DNA of 64,000 bases from positions 53,144 to 117,143 of the forward strand of contig JBMONI010000024.1 in NCBI GenBank assembly GCA_049324575.1. The letters run 5' to 3'. The DNA comes from Candidatus Omnitrophota bacterium (GTDB lineage Bacteria; Omnitrophota; Omnitrophia; Omnitrophales; Aquincolibacteriaceae). Below are positions 7,860 through 18,660 of the stretch, one piece after another. The stretch's first letter is position 1. Each line of letters begins with the position of its first letter. The position numbers and the translations under genes were made by a program. The notes below the pieces were generated by a model, which was not told the DNA's origin, did no database searches, and worked only from the letters and a program-made list of their open reading frames with translations.

Positions 7860-10574
7860 CTACCGCCACTTTCCCCGGTTAAAGAGCCTTGGAAATAGGA
7901 TTTTACGGAATGTTTCGATAAGGAAAATAGCCAGCCCAGGCGCAATCGCCATCCCCCATTCCGTGAGGTTCAAAGGAACCGCATAGAACACCGCTCGAAG
8001 CGGCGGCCAGTAAACAACCGCAAGCTGCAGCCCGATCGCCACAAGGATCGAGAAGAGCAACGCCCGGTTCTTGAAAAGACCGAGCCGAAAGATCGTGATC
8101 TCATCCGAGCGGGCATTCAGCGCAACGAACCATTCGAAAACAACGATGCCGCAAAAAGCGATCATCCGCGCTTCTGCCAGATCGTAAGAACGGAGCGCCC
8201 ACGAAAAGATCGCAAAAACTCCGAGGGCCAGCATCCCGGAAAGGAAAAAAATCCGCATGAGCATTCCCGGATAGATCAGACCCACCTTGGGGTCCCGGGG
8301 CGGATGCAAAAGCTCCGAACCTGTTTTGGGCTCCAATCCAAGGGGGATCGCAAGCATCGCCCCCGTAACAAGATTTACCCAGAGGATCTGGATCGGAAGC
8401 AAGGGCGCTTCTCCCAGGAAAAGCACCGTAAGCATGAGAGCGCACAATTCCCCGAAGCAGGTCGTCAGCTGAAAAAAGATCGCGTTGCGCAGCCGGTTGA
8501 ATATCACGCGCCCTTCTTCAACGGCCGCCACGATCGAAGCGAAATTGTCATCGGCCAGCACCACATCCGAAGCTTCCTTCGCAACATCGGTCCCCGTGAT
8601 CCCCATTGATATCCCAATATCAGCCGCTTCAAGAGCCGGCGCGTCGTTAACGCCATCCCCGGTCATGGCAACCACATGTGAACGGCGTTTCAAGGCTTCG
8701 ACGATCCGCAGCTTGTGAAGAGGTTCGATCCGGGCAAAGATAGACGCCTCTTCGATCTTCCGGTCCAGGTCTTCATCTTTCATCGCCGCAAGCTCGACCC
8801 CGCTGATCACTTCCGCGGAGGGGATCTCAAGTTGGGCACCGATCGCGCGAGCTGTGTCCTTATTGTCCCCGGTCGCCATCAGGACCCGGACACCTGCTTT
8901 TCGACATACGGCGATCGCTTTTTTCGCCTCCTCGCGGGGCGGATCGATCATGCCGAAAAGTCCGACAAAAACAAGCCGGCCGAGAAAATCCTGCTCAGTA
9001 AACCTTTCAGCGCCGCCCGGATAATCCTCTGCATACGCGACCGCCAGGACCCGCATCGCCTCGTTTGCCATCGCTTCCTGTGCTTTGACAATGCGCTCGC
9101 GGGCTTTTTGCTCCAACGGCTCCGAACCGCCGCGATACGCCACCCTGCCGCAAAGAGGGAGGATCTTTTCCGGCGCCCCTTTAACGCAAATGATCTTTTT
9201 ATCCTGGTCTATATGCAATGTCGCCATGTATTGGCGTTCGCTCTGGAATGGGATCTCGCCGATCCGGGGGGCCGTCTTGTCCAGAGATTCTTTCCGGATC
9301 CCCGCTTTGAGGGCGAGCACCAGCAAAGCCCCTTCGGTCGGATCCCCGAGAATGCATCCCTTCTGGCAATCGGCCATAAAAACCGCATCATTGCAAAGCA
9401 CGCTTGCGCGAAGCATCTTCATCAGGACCGGTTCCGAGAGAGGCTCGATCGGCCGCTCCTCGTGGAGAAACCGGCCCTCCGTTCTTTCCCCGATCCCTGT
9501 CACCTCCATCCAACGATCCTCAAGATAAAGTTTAGTCACGGTCATTTGATTGAGGGTCAGGGTCCCGGTCTTATCCGAGCAAATGACAGTCGCCGCCCCC
9601 AAGGTCTCCACCGCCGCCAGATTCCTCGCTACCGCATTGCGTTGAGCCATTTTGCTCATCCCCGCCGCCAGGACCACAGTAACCACCGCCGGCAATCCCT
9701 CCGGAATAGCCGAGACCGCGGCGGCAACCGCGAGAAGAAAAACATCGAGCCAATCCATGCCTCGGCTCAACCCAATGATCTTAAGCAGAACAACCGCGAA
9801 AAGCACGATCCCGAGCAGTGAGTTCCCGAGCGCATGAATGCTCCGCTGAAGCGGAGTTTTCTGGGTCTTGATCTGATGGAGTGCGGAGGATATTTTCCCG
9901 ATCTCGGTCTGCATCCCGGTGGCGGTGACGACCGCGATTGCCCTGCCGTAAGTCACAACAGTCCCCATAAAGACCATGTTCTTCCGGTCCGCGAGAGTAA
10001 GTTCATTCGCCAAAACCGCCGTGTGTTTATCTACGGGGATCGGCTCTCCCGTCAAGGCGGATTCGTTGACCTTCAATTCGAAATTTTCGATCAAACGGGC
10101 GTCCGTGGGGACTTTATCGCCCGTTTCGAGCAAGAGGATATCCCCGGGCACAATATCCCTGGAACTGACCGAAGTCGCGTTGCCTCCGCGCCGCACCTTG
10201 GCTTTCGGAACGGTCAACTCCAGGAGAGCTCCCATGGCTTTTTCGGCACGGAATTCCTGAATGAAGCCTACGCCGGCCATGATGAAGATCGCAATCAAGA
10301 TACTGGCCGCATCCAAAAGGCCTTTAAAAAAGAATTTGATCCCGGCCGCGATCAGCAAAAGATAAACGAGAGGATTCAGGAATTGTTTGATGAGAAGAAC
10401 TGCCGCAGAGGCTTTACGCCGCAGGGTGAGCTCATTCGGCCCGAACTCCTTTAGCCGTTCCCCCGCCTGAACTGGAGAAAGACCTTCCGGCGCCGTCTGA
10501 AGGACCTCTAAGGCTTTTTCCGCAGCGATTTGATAGAAGGGCTTTTCCGGATCAGCCATATTTGATTTTAGCAA
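7860..10574 (-). CDS. cation-transporting P-type ATPase (P2-type, Ca2+/Mg2+-like)
   Basis: Motifs: DKTGTLT phosphorylation site, TGDGVNDAPAL hinge and TGES-like actuator region. Ten-TM architecture and ~900 aa length. The start may be the internal M at ~10559. Confidence 0.9.
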   Translation of the reverse strand: MLKSNMADPEKPFYQIAAEKALEVLQTAPEGLSPVQAGERLKEFGPNELTLRRKASAAVLLIKQFLNPLVYLLLIAAGIKFFFKGLLDAASILIAIFIMAGVGFIQEFRAEKAMGALLELTVPKAKVRRGGNATSVSSRDIVPGDILLLETGDKVPTDARLIENFELKVNESALTGEPIPVDKHTAVLANELTLADRKNMVFMGTVVTYGRAIAVVTATGMQTEIGKISSALHQIKTQKTPLQRSIHALGNSLLGIVLFAVVLLKIIGLSRGMDWLDVFLLAVAAAVSAIPEGLPAVVTVVLAAGMSKMAQRNAVARNLAAVETLGAATVICSDKTGTLTLNQMTVTKLYLEDRWMEVTGIGERTEGRFLHEERPIEPLSEPVLMKMLRASVLCNDAVFMADCQKGCILGDPTEGALLVLALKAGIRKESLDKTAPRIGEIPFQSERQYMATLHIDQDKKIICVKGAPEKILPLCGRVAYRGGSEPLEQKARERIVKAQEAMANEAMRVLAVAYAEDYPGGAERFTEQDFLGRLVFVGLFGMIDPPREEAKKAIAVCRKAGVRVLMATGDNKDTARAIGAQLEIPSAEVISGVELAAMKDEDLDRKIEEASIFARIEPLHKLRIVEALKRRSHVVAMTGDGVNDAPALEAADIGISMGITGTDVAKEASDVVLADDNFASIVAAVEEGRVIFNRLRNAIFFQLTTCFGELCALMLTVLFLGEAPLLPIQILWVNLVTGAMLAIPLGLEPKTGSELLHPPRDPKVGLIYPGMLMRIFFLSGMLALGVFAIFSWALRSYDLAEARMIAFCGIVVFEWFVALNARSDEITIFRLGLFKNRALLFSILVAIGLQLAVVYWPPLRAVFYAVPLNLTEWGMAIAPGLAIFLIETFRKILFPRLFNRGKWR

Positions 10575-10617
10575 AAAACGCTTCTGGGCCGCAACTTGTC
10601 TTGCTCTCCGAGCGGTT

Positions 10618-12468
10618 TCAGGTCCGGCTATAGCCGCGGGCTTTGGCCTTGCGTTCGTTCTCGGTGAGGTAGCGTTTTCTCAGGCGGACATTCTTCGGAG
10701 TGATCTCGACCAGTTCATCCTTCTCGATGAACTCCAGCGCAAATTCCAGCGTCATTTCGCGGGGCGGAATAAGACGGATCGCCTCGTCGGAGCCTGCCGC
10801 GCGCATATTGGTCAGCTTTTTCTCGCGAATCGCGTTCACGACCAGGTCCGGCCCCTTATTATTAACCCCCACGATCATGCCCTCATAGAGATCGTCCCCG
10901 GGTTGTACAAAGATTTCCCCGCGTTCCTGAAGGCCCCAAAGCGCATACGCCACGGCACATCCTCCGGTCTGCGAGATCAACACGCCGACCTGCCGTTCGG
11001 GGATTTCGCCCTTGTATTTTTGGTAATCGAAAAAATTCTGACACATCACCCCCGTCCCCCGGGTCAAGAGCATCAATTCACTGCGGAACCCCAAAAGCCC
11101 CCGGGACGGGATCAGAAACTCCATGCGGATCGTTCCCACTGCGCTCGTAATCATATTTTTCATTTCGGCCTTGCGCGTCCCCAGGGCTTCGATCACGGCG
11201 CCCTGATATCCCGGATCGACCTCGATGACGACCTCCTCGACCGGCTCCAGACGCTCCCCATCCTCGATCTTCATGATGACCTCCGGACGGGAAACCTCGA
11301 GTTCATAACCCTCACGGCGCATGGTTTCGATCAGGATGGAAAGATGGAGTTCGCCCCGTCCGGACACTTTGAAGCGCTCCTCGCCCGGCACGGCTTCGAT
11401 ACGGATCCCGACATTCATCATGGCCTCATGCATCAAGCGCTCCCGGATATGGCGCGAAGTCAGGAACCTTCCCCCGTCCCGTCCTGCCAGGGGGCTCGTA
11501 TTGTGAGCGAAATTCATCGAAATGGTCGGCTCATCGATCTTGACCGCAGGGATCGCCTCGGGTTTCTCGGGCGAAGCCAGCGTATCGGCGACATGCACTT
11601 CCGAAAAACCCGTGATCGACGCAATGTCTCCCGCTTCCACCGATTCCGCCTCCACCCGTTTGAGGCCGCGGTACTTCAGGATCTTCGTCACCTTGCCCCG
11701 CTCCGTACTCCCATCGCGTTTGAGCACGATCAGCGGATCGCCGACTTTGACCTTCCCGTGGAAGATCCTCCCGATCGCCATACGGCCGACATACGAATCG
11801 TAATCCAGCATGGTCACCAGCATCTGGAACGGCTGATCGGGATCCGCGACCGGGGGAAGGACCCGGTGCAAAATAGTGTCCAGCAAGGGCTTCATGGAGA
11901 TCGACGGTTCGTCGGGCTCGAGGGAAGCCCAGCCTTCTTTGGCTGAGGCATAAACGATGGGGAAATCCAGCTGATCGTCATTAGCATTCAACTCGCAGAA
12001 AAGATCGAAGGTCATATCGACCACTTCGTGTGGCCGCGCATTCGGCCGGTCCACTTTGTTGACGACCAGGATCGGCTTCAGATGCAATTCGAGCGATTTG
12101 CGGAGCACGAATTTGGTCTGCGGCATCGGGCCATCGAAAGCGTCCACGAGCAGCAACACGCCGTCCACCATTTTCAGAACGCGTTCCACCTCGCTTCCGA
12201 AATCCGCGTGACCGGGCGTATCGACGATATTGAAAAGCGTGTTCTTATAAACAAACGACGCGTTTTTGGAAAAGATCGTGATCCCGCGCTCCTTTTCGAT
12301 GGGATTCGAGTCCATGACGGTGACTTCGCCGTCTTTGAATTCATGGGCCCCCGACTGTTTCAGGAGCGCATCGACCAGCGTGGTCTTTCCGTGGTCGACA
12401 TGCGCCACGATCGCGATATTGCGGACATCTTTTCTGCGTTTTTGGTTCGGCATAAGGTTTCCGGCCAT
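10618..12468 (-). CDS. typA: translational GTPase TypA/BipA
   Basis: N-terminus [39 protein letters not shown]. Length 616 aa and the C-terminal BipA-specific region are collinear with TypA. Confidence 0.95.
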   Translation of the reverse strand: MAGNLMPNQKRRKDVRNIAIVAHVDHGKTTLVDALLKQSGAHEFKDGEVTVMDSNPIEKERGITIFSKNASFVYKNTLFNIVDTPGHADFGSEVERVLKMVDGVLLLVDAFDGPMPQTKFVLRKSLELHLKPILVVNKVDRPNARPHEVVDMTFDLFCELNANDDQLDFPIVYASAKEGWASLEPDEPSISMKPLLDTILHRVLPPVADPDQPFQMLVTMLDYDSYVGRMAIGRIFHGKVKVGDPLIVLKRDGSTERGKVTKILKYRGLKRVEAESVEAGDIASITGFSEVHVADTLASPEKPEAIPAVKIDEPTISMNFAHNTSPLAGRDGGRFLTSRHIRERLMHEAMMNVGIRIEAVPGEERFKVSGRGELHLSILIETMRREGYELEVSRPEVIMKIEDGERLEPVEEVVIEVDPGYQGAVIEALGTRKAEMKNMITSAVGTIRMEFLIPSRGLLGFRSELMLLTRGTGVMCQNFFDYQKYKGEIPERQVGVLISQTGGCAVAYALWGLQERGEIFVQPGDDLYEGMIVGVNNKGPDLVVNAIREKKLTNMRAAGSDEAIRLIPPREMTLEFALEFIEKDELVEITPKNVRLRKRYLTENERKAKARGYSRT

Positions 12469-12563
12469 TCGCAGGCCTCGATCGCTTCAAAAGAGGGCCT
12501 ATACTGAAGGGGAAAAGGGGCTTTAGCAAGACCTAAATCCAGCACGCTCCGAACGTCGCTGGC

Positions 12564-13226
12564 TTAATCAGAATGATGGCGGACTTCCTTGCCTTCCTTG
12601 AGGTAGATGACATCCTCCGCGATATTATTGGCAAGATCGCCGATCCGTTCCAGATTATGCCCGATCATCACGATATTCATTCCGGCCTTCACGATGGAGG
12701 GGTCTTTCTGCATCTTTTCGTTCACCTCGATATAGATCGCATCATTCAATCCATCGACCTCATCATCGCTCGCCAAGACACGCTGAGCCCGCTCCACATC
12801 CTCATTGATGAAGGCATCCAGCGCTTCGCGCAACATTCGCTGAGAAGCCGCTGCCATATCGGTCAAATAAGTGTCTTCAACTTTTTTCATGGGCGGATCG
12901 CCGATCAAGCGGATCGCGCGCTCCGCGATATTGACCGCATGGTCCCCGATCCTCTCAAGGTCCGTATTGATCTTGAGGATCATGGTGATGAGCCGAAGAT
13001 CGACGGCCATCGGCTGTCCGAGCGCAAGAAGGTTGTGCCCTTTATCGTCGATCTCGATCTCAAGGCGGTTCGTTTCTTTCTCCAGGCGAAACGCTTCCTC
13101 CGCCAGCTTGCGATCCCGAAGCAACACCGCCCGAGCCGCTTTTTCAATCGCCTCTTCTGCGAGAAGCCCCATGCGCAGAAGTTCCTGTTTCAATGCTTTC
13201 AACTCGTCGTGAAAATGGCGTCTCAT
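12564..13226 (-). CDS. phoU: phosphate signalling complex protein PhoU
   Basis: 220 aa with duplicated PhoU helical repeats (…DDKGHNLLALGQPMAVDLRLI… / …GMNIVMIGHNLERIGDLANNIAE…). Located directly downstream of pstB. Confidence 0.9.
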   Translation of the reverse strand: MRRHFHDELKALKQELLRMGLLAEEAIEKAARAVLLRDRKLAEEAFRLEKETNRLEIEIDDKGHNLLALGQPMAVDLRLITMILKINTDLERIGDHAVNIAERAIRLIGDPPMKKVEDTYLTDMAAASQRMLREALDAFINEDVERAQRVLASDDEVDGLNDAIYIEVNEKMQKDPSIVKAGMNIVMIGHNLERIGDLANNIAEDVIYLKEGKEVRHHSD

Positions 13227-13240
13227 CGTCAGCTCCCCCC

Positions 13241-14110
13241 TTATCCGAAGCGTCCGGTAATATAGTCTTCGGTCTCTTTTTTATCCGGCTTGGTAAAGAT
13301 CTTAGGGGTCTCGCCACATTCTATCAAAGACCCCAAATAAAAAAAGGCCGTATAATCGCTTACGCGCGCCGCCTGCTGCATGTTATGGGTGACGATCACG
13401 ATCGTGTAGTTTTTTTTCAGATCGTGGATCAATTCCTCGATCTTGGCGGTCGAGCTGGGATCCAGTGCCGAGGCCGGCTCATCCATTAAAACGATCTCCG
13501 GATTGACGGCCAACACCCGCGCGATACAAAGCCGCTGTTGTTGTCCTCCGGAAAGCTCCAAAGCCGGTTTATCCAAACGGTCTTTGACCTCTTCCCAAAG
13601 CGCGGCCCGTTTCAGACTTTCCTCCGTGACCTGGTCCAGCACCACTTTGTCCCGGATCCCATGCAGTCGCGGACCGTAGGTCACATTATCATAAATGCTT
13701 TTCGGGAACGGATTAGATTTCTGGAAAACCATCCCGACCAGCCTCCGCAACTGAACCACGTTGATCTCAGGAGCATAGATATTCACGCCCTCGATCGTCA
13801 CCGTGCCTTCGGTGCGGACTTTGGGCAGCGTATCGTTCATACGGTTCAACGCCCGAAGGAACGTGGATTTACCGCATCCGGAAGGACCGATCAAAGCCGT
13901 AACCGACCGGTCCCGGATATCCAGCTCAACGGATTTCAGCGCCCGCACTTCGCCATAGTAAACGTTCAGATCCCGGATGGAGATCTTCACCGGAGGCCGC
14001 TCCCTGGGCATAAGATCGGCTCCGTTCTGTATTTCAGTCTTGACCGGACTTCTGTTCATGATCGTCAACTCCTCCCCTTGTTCGATATCCAGATCGTCCC
14101 TAACCTGCAT
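13241..14110 (-). CDS. pstB: phosphate ABC transporter ATP-binding protein PstB
   Basis: Walker [20 protein letters not shown], signature [16 protein letters not shown], Walker [13 protein letters not shown]. The PstB-type N-terminal extension is present. Confidence 0.95.
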   Translation of the reverse strand: MQVRDDLDIEQGEELTIMNRSPVKTEIQNGADLMPRERPPVKISIRDLNVYYGEVRALKSVELDIRDRSVTALIGPSGCGKSTFLRALNRMNDTLPKVRTEGTVTIEGVNIYAPEINVVQLRRLVGMVFQKSNPFPKSIYDNVTYGPRLHGIRDKVVLDQVTEESLKRAALWEEVKDRLDKPALELSGGQQQRLCIARVLAVNPEIVLMDEPASALDPSSTAKIEELIHDLKKNYTIVIVTHNMQQAARVSDYTAFFYLGSLIECGETPKIFTKPDKKETEDYITGRFG

Positions 14111-14209
14111 AGGCGTCTCCCTGATTGTTATGGATCAAATGAATGAAGCCACCCTTGCCGAAGAAGCTTAGGGAGGAAAGCTCCTCCAGCAAGGTTTTGG
14201 GGCAGTGTT

Positions 14210-15190
14210 TCATTGGAGCGAGACCTGCCCTGATCTCTTTCGGAAATGGATCCGCAACATGATTGCTCCCAAGTTAAGCAGAAACGTCAATGCGATCAAA
14301 ACCAAAGTCGTCCCGTATTGTAGCGGAAGCGTCTTTTCCGCATCGGTCGACTGAGTCGCCATGATAAAAATATGATACGAAAGCTCCATGAACTGATCGA
14401 AGGGATTGATCATGGGAATGAATCCAAAAAGCTTGACCATCGGAAGGCGGGGAAGGAAATAAGCGCATCCCGTAAAAAGGATCGGAGCCGTTTCCCCCGC
14501 CCCGCGACTGATCGAAAGGATGGCGCCCGTCAAAATCCCGCCGCGCGCCTGGGGAAGAACGACATCGCGGATCGTCTGCCACTTGGTCGCGCCTAAAGCG
14601 ATCGAGGCGGCCCGTTGACTTTGCGGAACGGCATTCAAGGCTTCCTCCGTGGACACGATGATCACCGGCAAGACGAGCACCGCTAGCGTCGCCGCAGCCC
14701 ATAGCATGCAAGGTTGGCCAAACAAGAGGCCGGTTTGGAGCACTTGGTCGAGGTTCTTTCCGACGAAGAGGATGAAAAAACCCACACCAAAAAGACCGAA
14801 TACGATTGAAGGAACTCCCGCGAGGTTGTTCACCGCCGCACGAATGATCCTGAAAACGATCCCCTTTCCCGCATATTCCACCAGATAGATCGCGGCCCCG
14901 ACCCCGATCGGAAGCGCCAAAAGGATCATCATCACCGTAATGGCCAAGGTCCCGAAAATGCAGGGAAAGATCCCTCCCTGGGTCATCCCTTCCACCGGCG
15001 CCTGGGTCAGGAATTCCCATGTCACCGTGCGATGCCCCAGCAGGAAAATCTTCCCCATGATAAAGATCAACGCGATCAAGGGAATGGCCGCGAAAATACG
15101 CACAACGGTTTCAAGGACCGCCTCTCCCAAATGGAAGCGCCGCATCCTCAGATCAGAAACCGCGATCACGGAAGCAAGGCTCATGGTCAC
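14210..15190 (-). CDS. pstA: phosphate ABC transporter permease PstA
   Basis: Polytopic permease with the EAA-loop region …ASIALGATKWQTIRDVVLPQARGGI… A 4-nt overlap with pstC gives operon coupling. Confidence 0.9.
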   Translation of the reverse strand: MTMSLASVIAVSDLRMRRFHLGEAVLETVVRIFAAIPLIALIFIMGKIFLLGHRTVTWEFLTQAPVEGMTQGGIFPCIFGTLAITVMMILLALPIGVGAAIYLVEYAGKGIVFRIIRAAVNNLAGVPSIVFGLFGVGFFILFVGKNLDQVLQTGLLFGQPCMLWAAATLAVLVLPVIIVSTEEALNAVPQSQRAASIALGATKWQTIRDVVLPQARGGILTGAILSISRGAGETAPILFTGCAYFLPRLPMVKLFGFIPMINPFDQFMELSYHIFIMATQSTDAEKTLPLQYGTTLVLIALTFLLNLGAIMLRIHFRKRSGQVSLQ

Positions 15191-16191
15191 ATCCTCAACC
15201 GGCCGCGCATCCGGTTCAAAATAAGTTCAGAGACAAGATTGACGAAGAAGGTCAGCGTAAAAAGGACCGCCCCCACAACAAAGAGAGCATAGTAGTGTTC
15301 CGTATCGCGCGCGACCGCACCCAATTCGGCCGCGATATTGGCGGTCATGGTCCTGACGCTCGAAAAAATATTACCGGTCACGAGCGCGGCATTCCCGGTG
15401 GCCATCACCACGATCATGGTCTCGCCCAAGGCCCGCCCGAACCCAAGAATGACCGCCGCCGAGATCCCCGAGACGGCGGCCGGCACCACGGTCCCCCAGA
15501 TCGTCTGCCATTTTGTCGCCCCCAGAGCGAGTGACGCATCTCGAAGTTCCTTGGGAACCGCCCTGAGCGCATCTTCGGAGATCGTAATGATGATCGGGAG
15601 GACCGCAAGCGCGACTCCCAGAGCCCCTACAAACGCGTTGAGGCGGAAGCGTGTATGAAAAACATGTTGGACGAAACTGGCCACCACGGCGAGCATGAAG
15701 AATCCGAGGACCACGGACGGAATGCCGGCCAGCAGTTCCAGGGTCGGTTTCAGAGTCTCGCGGACCTTCGGAGAAGCGATCTCGGCAAGATAGATCGCGG
15801 TCCCGATCCCGAAGACCGACGCCATCAGGGTCGCCGGAAGCGCGACGAGAAAACTCCCGCAAAAAAGCGGGACCAGCGAATATTTGGGGACTTCCGAAAC
15901 GGCCTGCCACATCAGTTTAAAGACATTCCTTTCCTCCCATTCATCGAAAACCCATTTTCCGACGAGATCGAGCGGGCTGGCCGTCTTGAAAAAGAAAACC
16001 GCTTCTTTGAAAAGAAAAATAAAAATCAAAGCAATAATAAGGACCGAAGAAATGCCGGCCACCACAAAAAAACGTTCCATCGCCCATTCCCCCGGAAGCA
16101 CCTCTTTCTTTCCGAGAAAGGTCCGGACACGAGACGGCCCCCCCCCCGCTCCGGGGGGGGCTTCCCGCTTCGACTCGTTTCTGTGGATCAT
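15187..16191 (-). CDS. pstC: phosphate ABC transporter permease PstC
   Basis: …ASLALGATKWQTIWGTVVPAAVSGI… paralogous to PstA. ORF track 15187..16248; the start was placed at the internal M (MIHRNESK) to avoid a 40-nt overlap with pstS, so the start is uncertain. Confidence 0.85.
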   Translation of the reverse strand: MIHRNESKREAPPGAGGGPSRVRTFLGKKEVLPGEWAMERFFVVAGISSVLIIALIFIFLFKEAVFFFKTASPLDLVGKWVFDEWEERNVFKLMWQAVSEVPKYSLVPLFCGSFLVALPATLMASVFGIGTAIYLAEIASPKVRETLKPTLELLAGIPSVVLGFFMLAVVASFVQHVFHTRFRLNAFVGALGVALAVLPIIITISEDALRAVPKELRDASLALGATKWQTIWGTVVPAAVSGISAAVILGFGRALGETMIVVMATGNAALVTGNIFSSVRTMTANIAAELGAVARDTEHYYALFVVGAVLFTLTFFVNLVSELILNRMRGRLRM

Positions 16192-16207
16192 AAGATTCAC
16201 CGGCTTT

Positions 16208-17080
16208 TTACGAGGTTTTGAGAGGAATATATCCGACCTCTTCAACAACCTGCTGACCTTCGGCGCTCAGGATCCAATCCATGTATTGCTTGATCTTCCC
16301 TTTGGGTTTAAACCCGGAATACATGTAGAGATATCGCGCGATCGGGTAACGTCCCGACCAAGCCGCTTCATAGTCCAGCTTTCCATCGGCTTTAACGGGG
16401 TTCACCGCCGGCGACTGATCATCTTTTTTCACCGAAAGGATCCTGAGCTGCGACTGGCCGACAAAGTAAGCCGCCCCCCCGTAGCCGATCCCGCCGGCAT
16501 CTTTACTGACGGCATTCGTGACCGCGCTAGTGCCGGGCATGGTCTGGCAATCCGGCGCGTAATCCTGGTTCTTCAGAACATGTTCCTTGAAGAACACGTA
16601 GGTGCCGCTATTGGATTCACGGCAATAGCGCAGGATCGGAGCGTCACTGCCTCCGACTTCTTTCCAATTATTGATCTTGCCGGCGTAGATCCCCATCAGC
16701 TGTTTCATGGTTAGTTCCGCTACGGGATTGTCGGCATGGACGACCACAGCAAGGCTATCGAATGCCACCTTGAACTCCTCGGGATAATAGCCCGCCTGCT
16801 TGGCCTTATCTATTTCCGACGATTTGATGGGGCGGGATGCGTTGGCAAGATCCGTCGTTCCGTTGATCAAGGCCGCGATCCCGGTCCCGGAACCGCCGCC
16901 TGTCACCTGGATCGCCACATCCGGGTTCTTCTGCATGTACTTCTCGGCCCATCGCTGGCCAAGGATCACGATCGTGTCCGATCCTTTCACGGTGATATTA
17001 TCCGCGGCCCAAGCCAAGGATGCGAATGGCAGCAGGACCGCCAAACCGGCCATGATTGATTTTACGATGTTCTTTTTCAT
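16208..17080 (-). CDS. pstS: phosphate ABC transporter substrate-binding protein PstS
   Basis: Signal peptide MKKNIVKSIMAGLAVLLPFASLAWA. Periplasmic binding-protein fold motifs (SGSGTG-like GGGSGTGIAALINGTTDLANASR). GGAGG RBS upstream of the internal ATG (track ORF 16208..17161). Confidence 0.9.
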   Translation of the reverse strand: MKKNIVKSIMAGLAVLLPFASLAWAADNITVKGSDTIVILGQRWAEKYMQKNPDVAIQVTGGGSGTGIAALINGTTDLANASRPIKSSEIDKAKQAGYYPEEFKVAFDSLAVVVHADNPVAELTMKQLMGIYAGKINNWKEVGGSDAPILRYCRESNSGTYVFFKEHVLKNQDYAPDCQTMPGTSAVTNAVSKDAGGIGYGGAAYFVGQSQLRILSVKKDDQSPAVNPVKADGKLDYEAAWSGRYPIARYLYMYSGFKPKGKIKQYMDWILSAEGQQVVEEVGYIPLKTS

Positions 17081-17114
17081 TGGATATTTCCTCCGTTCGC
17101 TATTTGATACTGCG

Positions 17115-18563
17115 TTAGAACTTCCAGACCAGGTCCATCTGGAACCGCCGGGTCTCTTCATCGCGAACCCCGGCCGTTCCCGTCGTCAGATTATTGACGA
17201 AGAAAGCCGCCGCATTGAGTGAGAGAAAATCCGTCAGCCCGTAGCCCGCCTTAAAAACACTGCCGCGCTTATTCGAATGCCCGGTGCCAAAATCGCTGTC
17301 ATTGAAAGCCCCGACCACGGAATTGGCCTCGATCCGTTTGTAGGCATAGCTGAGCTCCCAGTCGCCTTTCTTCTGGATACCGCCGACCTTCGTGCCGAGT
17401 GCCCAGGCCAGGCCTTCGTCATACTGTGTGTTCGCGGAATCCGCCGTCGTATTCACCGCCACGTCAAAATACGGCCGGAGAGGCACCCCCATCGGATAAA
17501 ACGCCAACTCGTTGTAGGACTCGATCACGTTGAACCGGGAATCCAGGCTTCCGGTCACGCCGTCGTAATTGGAGTTCCCGCGAGCCAGTGACGTTGTCCC
17601 GATAAGGTAATTGCCGTTCAAATGATAGTCGTTGTAGTTATAGAACGAGAAAGCGCTGAGAAAATCGATCGGCCGTTCCATGAAGGGCGTATAAGCGATG
17701 GCATTGACCCCGACCTGGAAGGCATACAGTTCCGCGTCAGCATCGTCCGAAGCCGCGGTATCCTCATCCAGCACGAACTGCCCCGCCAAACCGTACGCGT
17801 TGATATCGATCTCCTCTCCGTCCAGGACATTCAGATCGATCTTCTCGTAAACGCCTTCCGGCTTCACGTCACGGTCCCAGATCATGTCCGACGAACCTTT
17901 TTCGAAGGGATTATCGAATTTACCACCCGCGATCGTGACTTTTTCGATCGGGCCCACCTGCATGAATTTCGGACTGTATTTCGCATAGGCCTTCTCGATC
18001 ATGATGTCCTTGAAATTGAACAGATTGTCAAACGTCGCATTGGTAGAGGTCGGATCGACGTTCGTCCCCGAAGAGGTCGCCCCGGAGGCCAGCGCGAAAC
18101 CCACGTCCATCTCATCGCTCAGTTTCTTCTCAAATCCAAAACGAAGGCGGAAACGAAACCGGTTCTGAGAATCGCTTTCCGCGGTCGTCCCGTTGGTATA
18201 GTCGAACGCTTCGTAGCGAAGGCGGAGATCCCCTTTGAACTTCAGGTCCTTCAGCCATTTATTGGCGCCGCCAAGCGCATTCCCTAGACGTTCGTTGAAT
18301 TCGTAATCCGACATGGGCGGAGTCGCCTCTCCGGAAGCCGGAGCCGCCATTTGAACATTGCCGCCCTGGATCTGGCGAAGTTTATCGTCCTGCTTTGCGA
18401 TTGTGGCATTTTGCTGTGCGATCGTCTTCTGCATGTCTGTGATCTGCTTCTGCAGATCATTGATCATGCCGGCGATCTGGCCCTCATCCGCGCGGAGAAG
18501 ACCTCCCCCCAACATACTGAGGAGCGTCAACGCGCCCACGAACATGATTGCATTCGGTTTCAT
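17115..18563 (-). CDS. putative outer-membrane porin, OprO/OprP-like by context
   Basis: Signal peptide MKPNAIMFVGALTLLSMLGGGLLRA, an N-terminal coiled-coil segment (…LQKQITDMQKTIAQQNATIAKQDDKLRQIQ…) and a Tyr/Gly/Asn-rich beta-barrel body. C-terminal …DLVWKF. It sits first in the pstSCAB-phoU operon. The family assignment is inferred, not proven. Confidence 0.55.
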   Translation of the reverse strand: MKPNAIMFVGALTLLSMLGGGLLRADEGQIAGMINDLQKQITDMQKTIAQQNATIAKQDDKLRQIQGGNVQMAAPASGEATPPMSDYEFNERLGNALGGANKWLKDLKFKGDLRLRYEAFDYTNGTTAESDSQNRFRFRLRFGFEKKLSDEMDVGFALASGATSSGTNVDPTSTNATFDNLFNFKDIMIEKAYAKYSPKFMQVGPIEKVTIAGGKFDNPFEKGSSDMIWDRDVKPEGVYEKIDLNVLDGEEIDINAYGLAGQFVLDEDTAASDDADAELYAFQVGVNAIAYTPFMERPIDFLSAFSFYNYNDYHLNGNYLIGTTSLARGNSNYDGVTGSLDSRFNVIESYNELAFYPMGVPLRPYFDVAVNTTADSANTQYDEGLAWALGTKVGGIQKKGDWELSYAYKRIEANSVVGAFNDSDFGTGHSNKRGSVFKAGYGLTDFLSLNAAAFFVNNLTTGTAGVRDEETRRFQMDLVWKF

Positions 18564-18640
18564 AAGATTTCCCTCCAATGAGATTGTCGCTTTGGTCATG
18601 GTTGCCCGCCTTCAAGAGACTTAAACGGCTTCTGCAAACG

Positions 18641-18660
18641 ATCTTCGAATATCTTCGAAG
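18641..18660. promoter_or_regulatory. perfect 10-bp tandem direct repeat ATCTTCGAAT/ATCTTCGAAG, candidate response-regulator (PhoB-like) operator upstream of the porin-pst operon
   Basis: Read directly. It lies ~80-100 nt upstream of the porin start on the minus strand, in the phoR-porin intergenic region. Direct-repeat half-sites with ~10-11 bp periodicity are the architecture of OmpR/PhoB-family sites. Confidence 0.3.

Noticed and set aside
8715-9821. Long plus-strand ORFs antisense to conserved genes. Examples: 8715..9821 within the P-type ATPase, 10903..11946 within typA, 26052..27551 within macB, 28590..29711 within tolC, 33140..34762 within nhaP, 39504..40823 and 41214..42464 within the giant gene, 48923..49942 within the PAS kinase, 51375..52529 within the AraC-RR, 56388..58001 within the surface protein.
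   Set aside because: Each lies opposite a gene with unmistakable conserved motifs. Their translations are Arg/Pro/His/Asp-rich low-complexity, typical of stop-depleted antisense frames in GC-rich DNA. No RBS or start context was seen.
14274-15910. Minus-strand ORFs 14274..15020 (248 aa) and 15371..15910 (179 aa) overlapping pstA/pstC in alternative frames
   Set aside because: They overlap the permease genes on the same strand in a different frame. They are Gly/Arg/Asp-rich, with no independent support.
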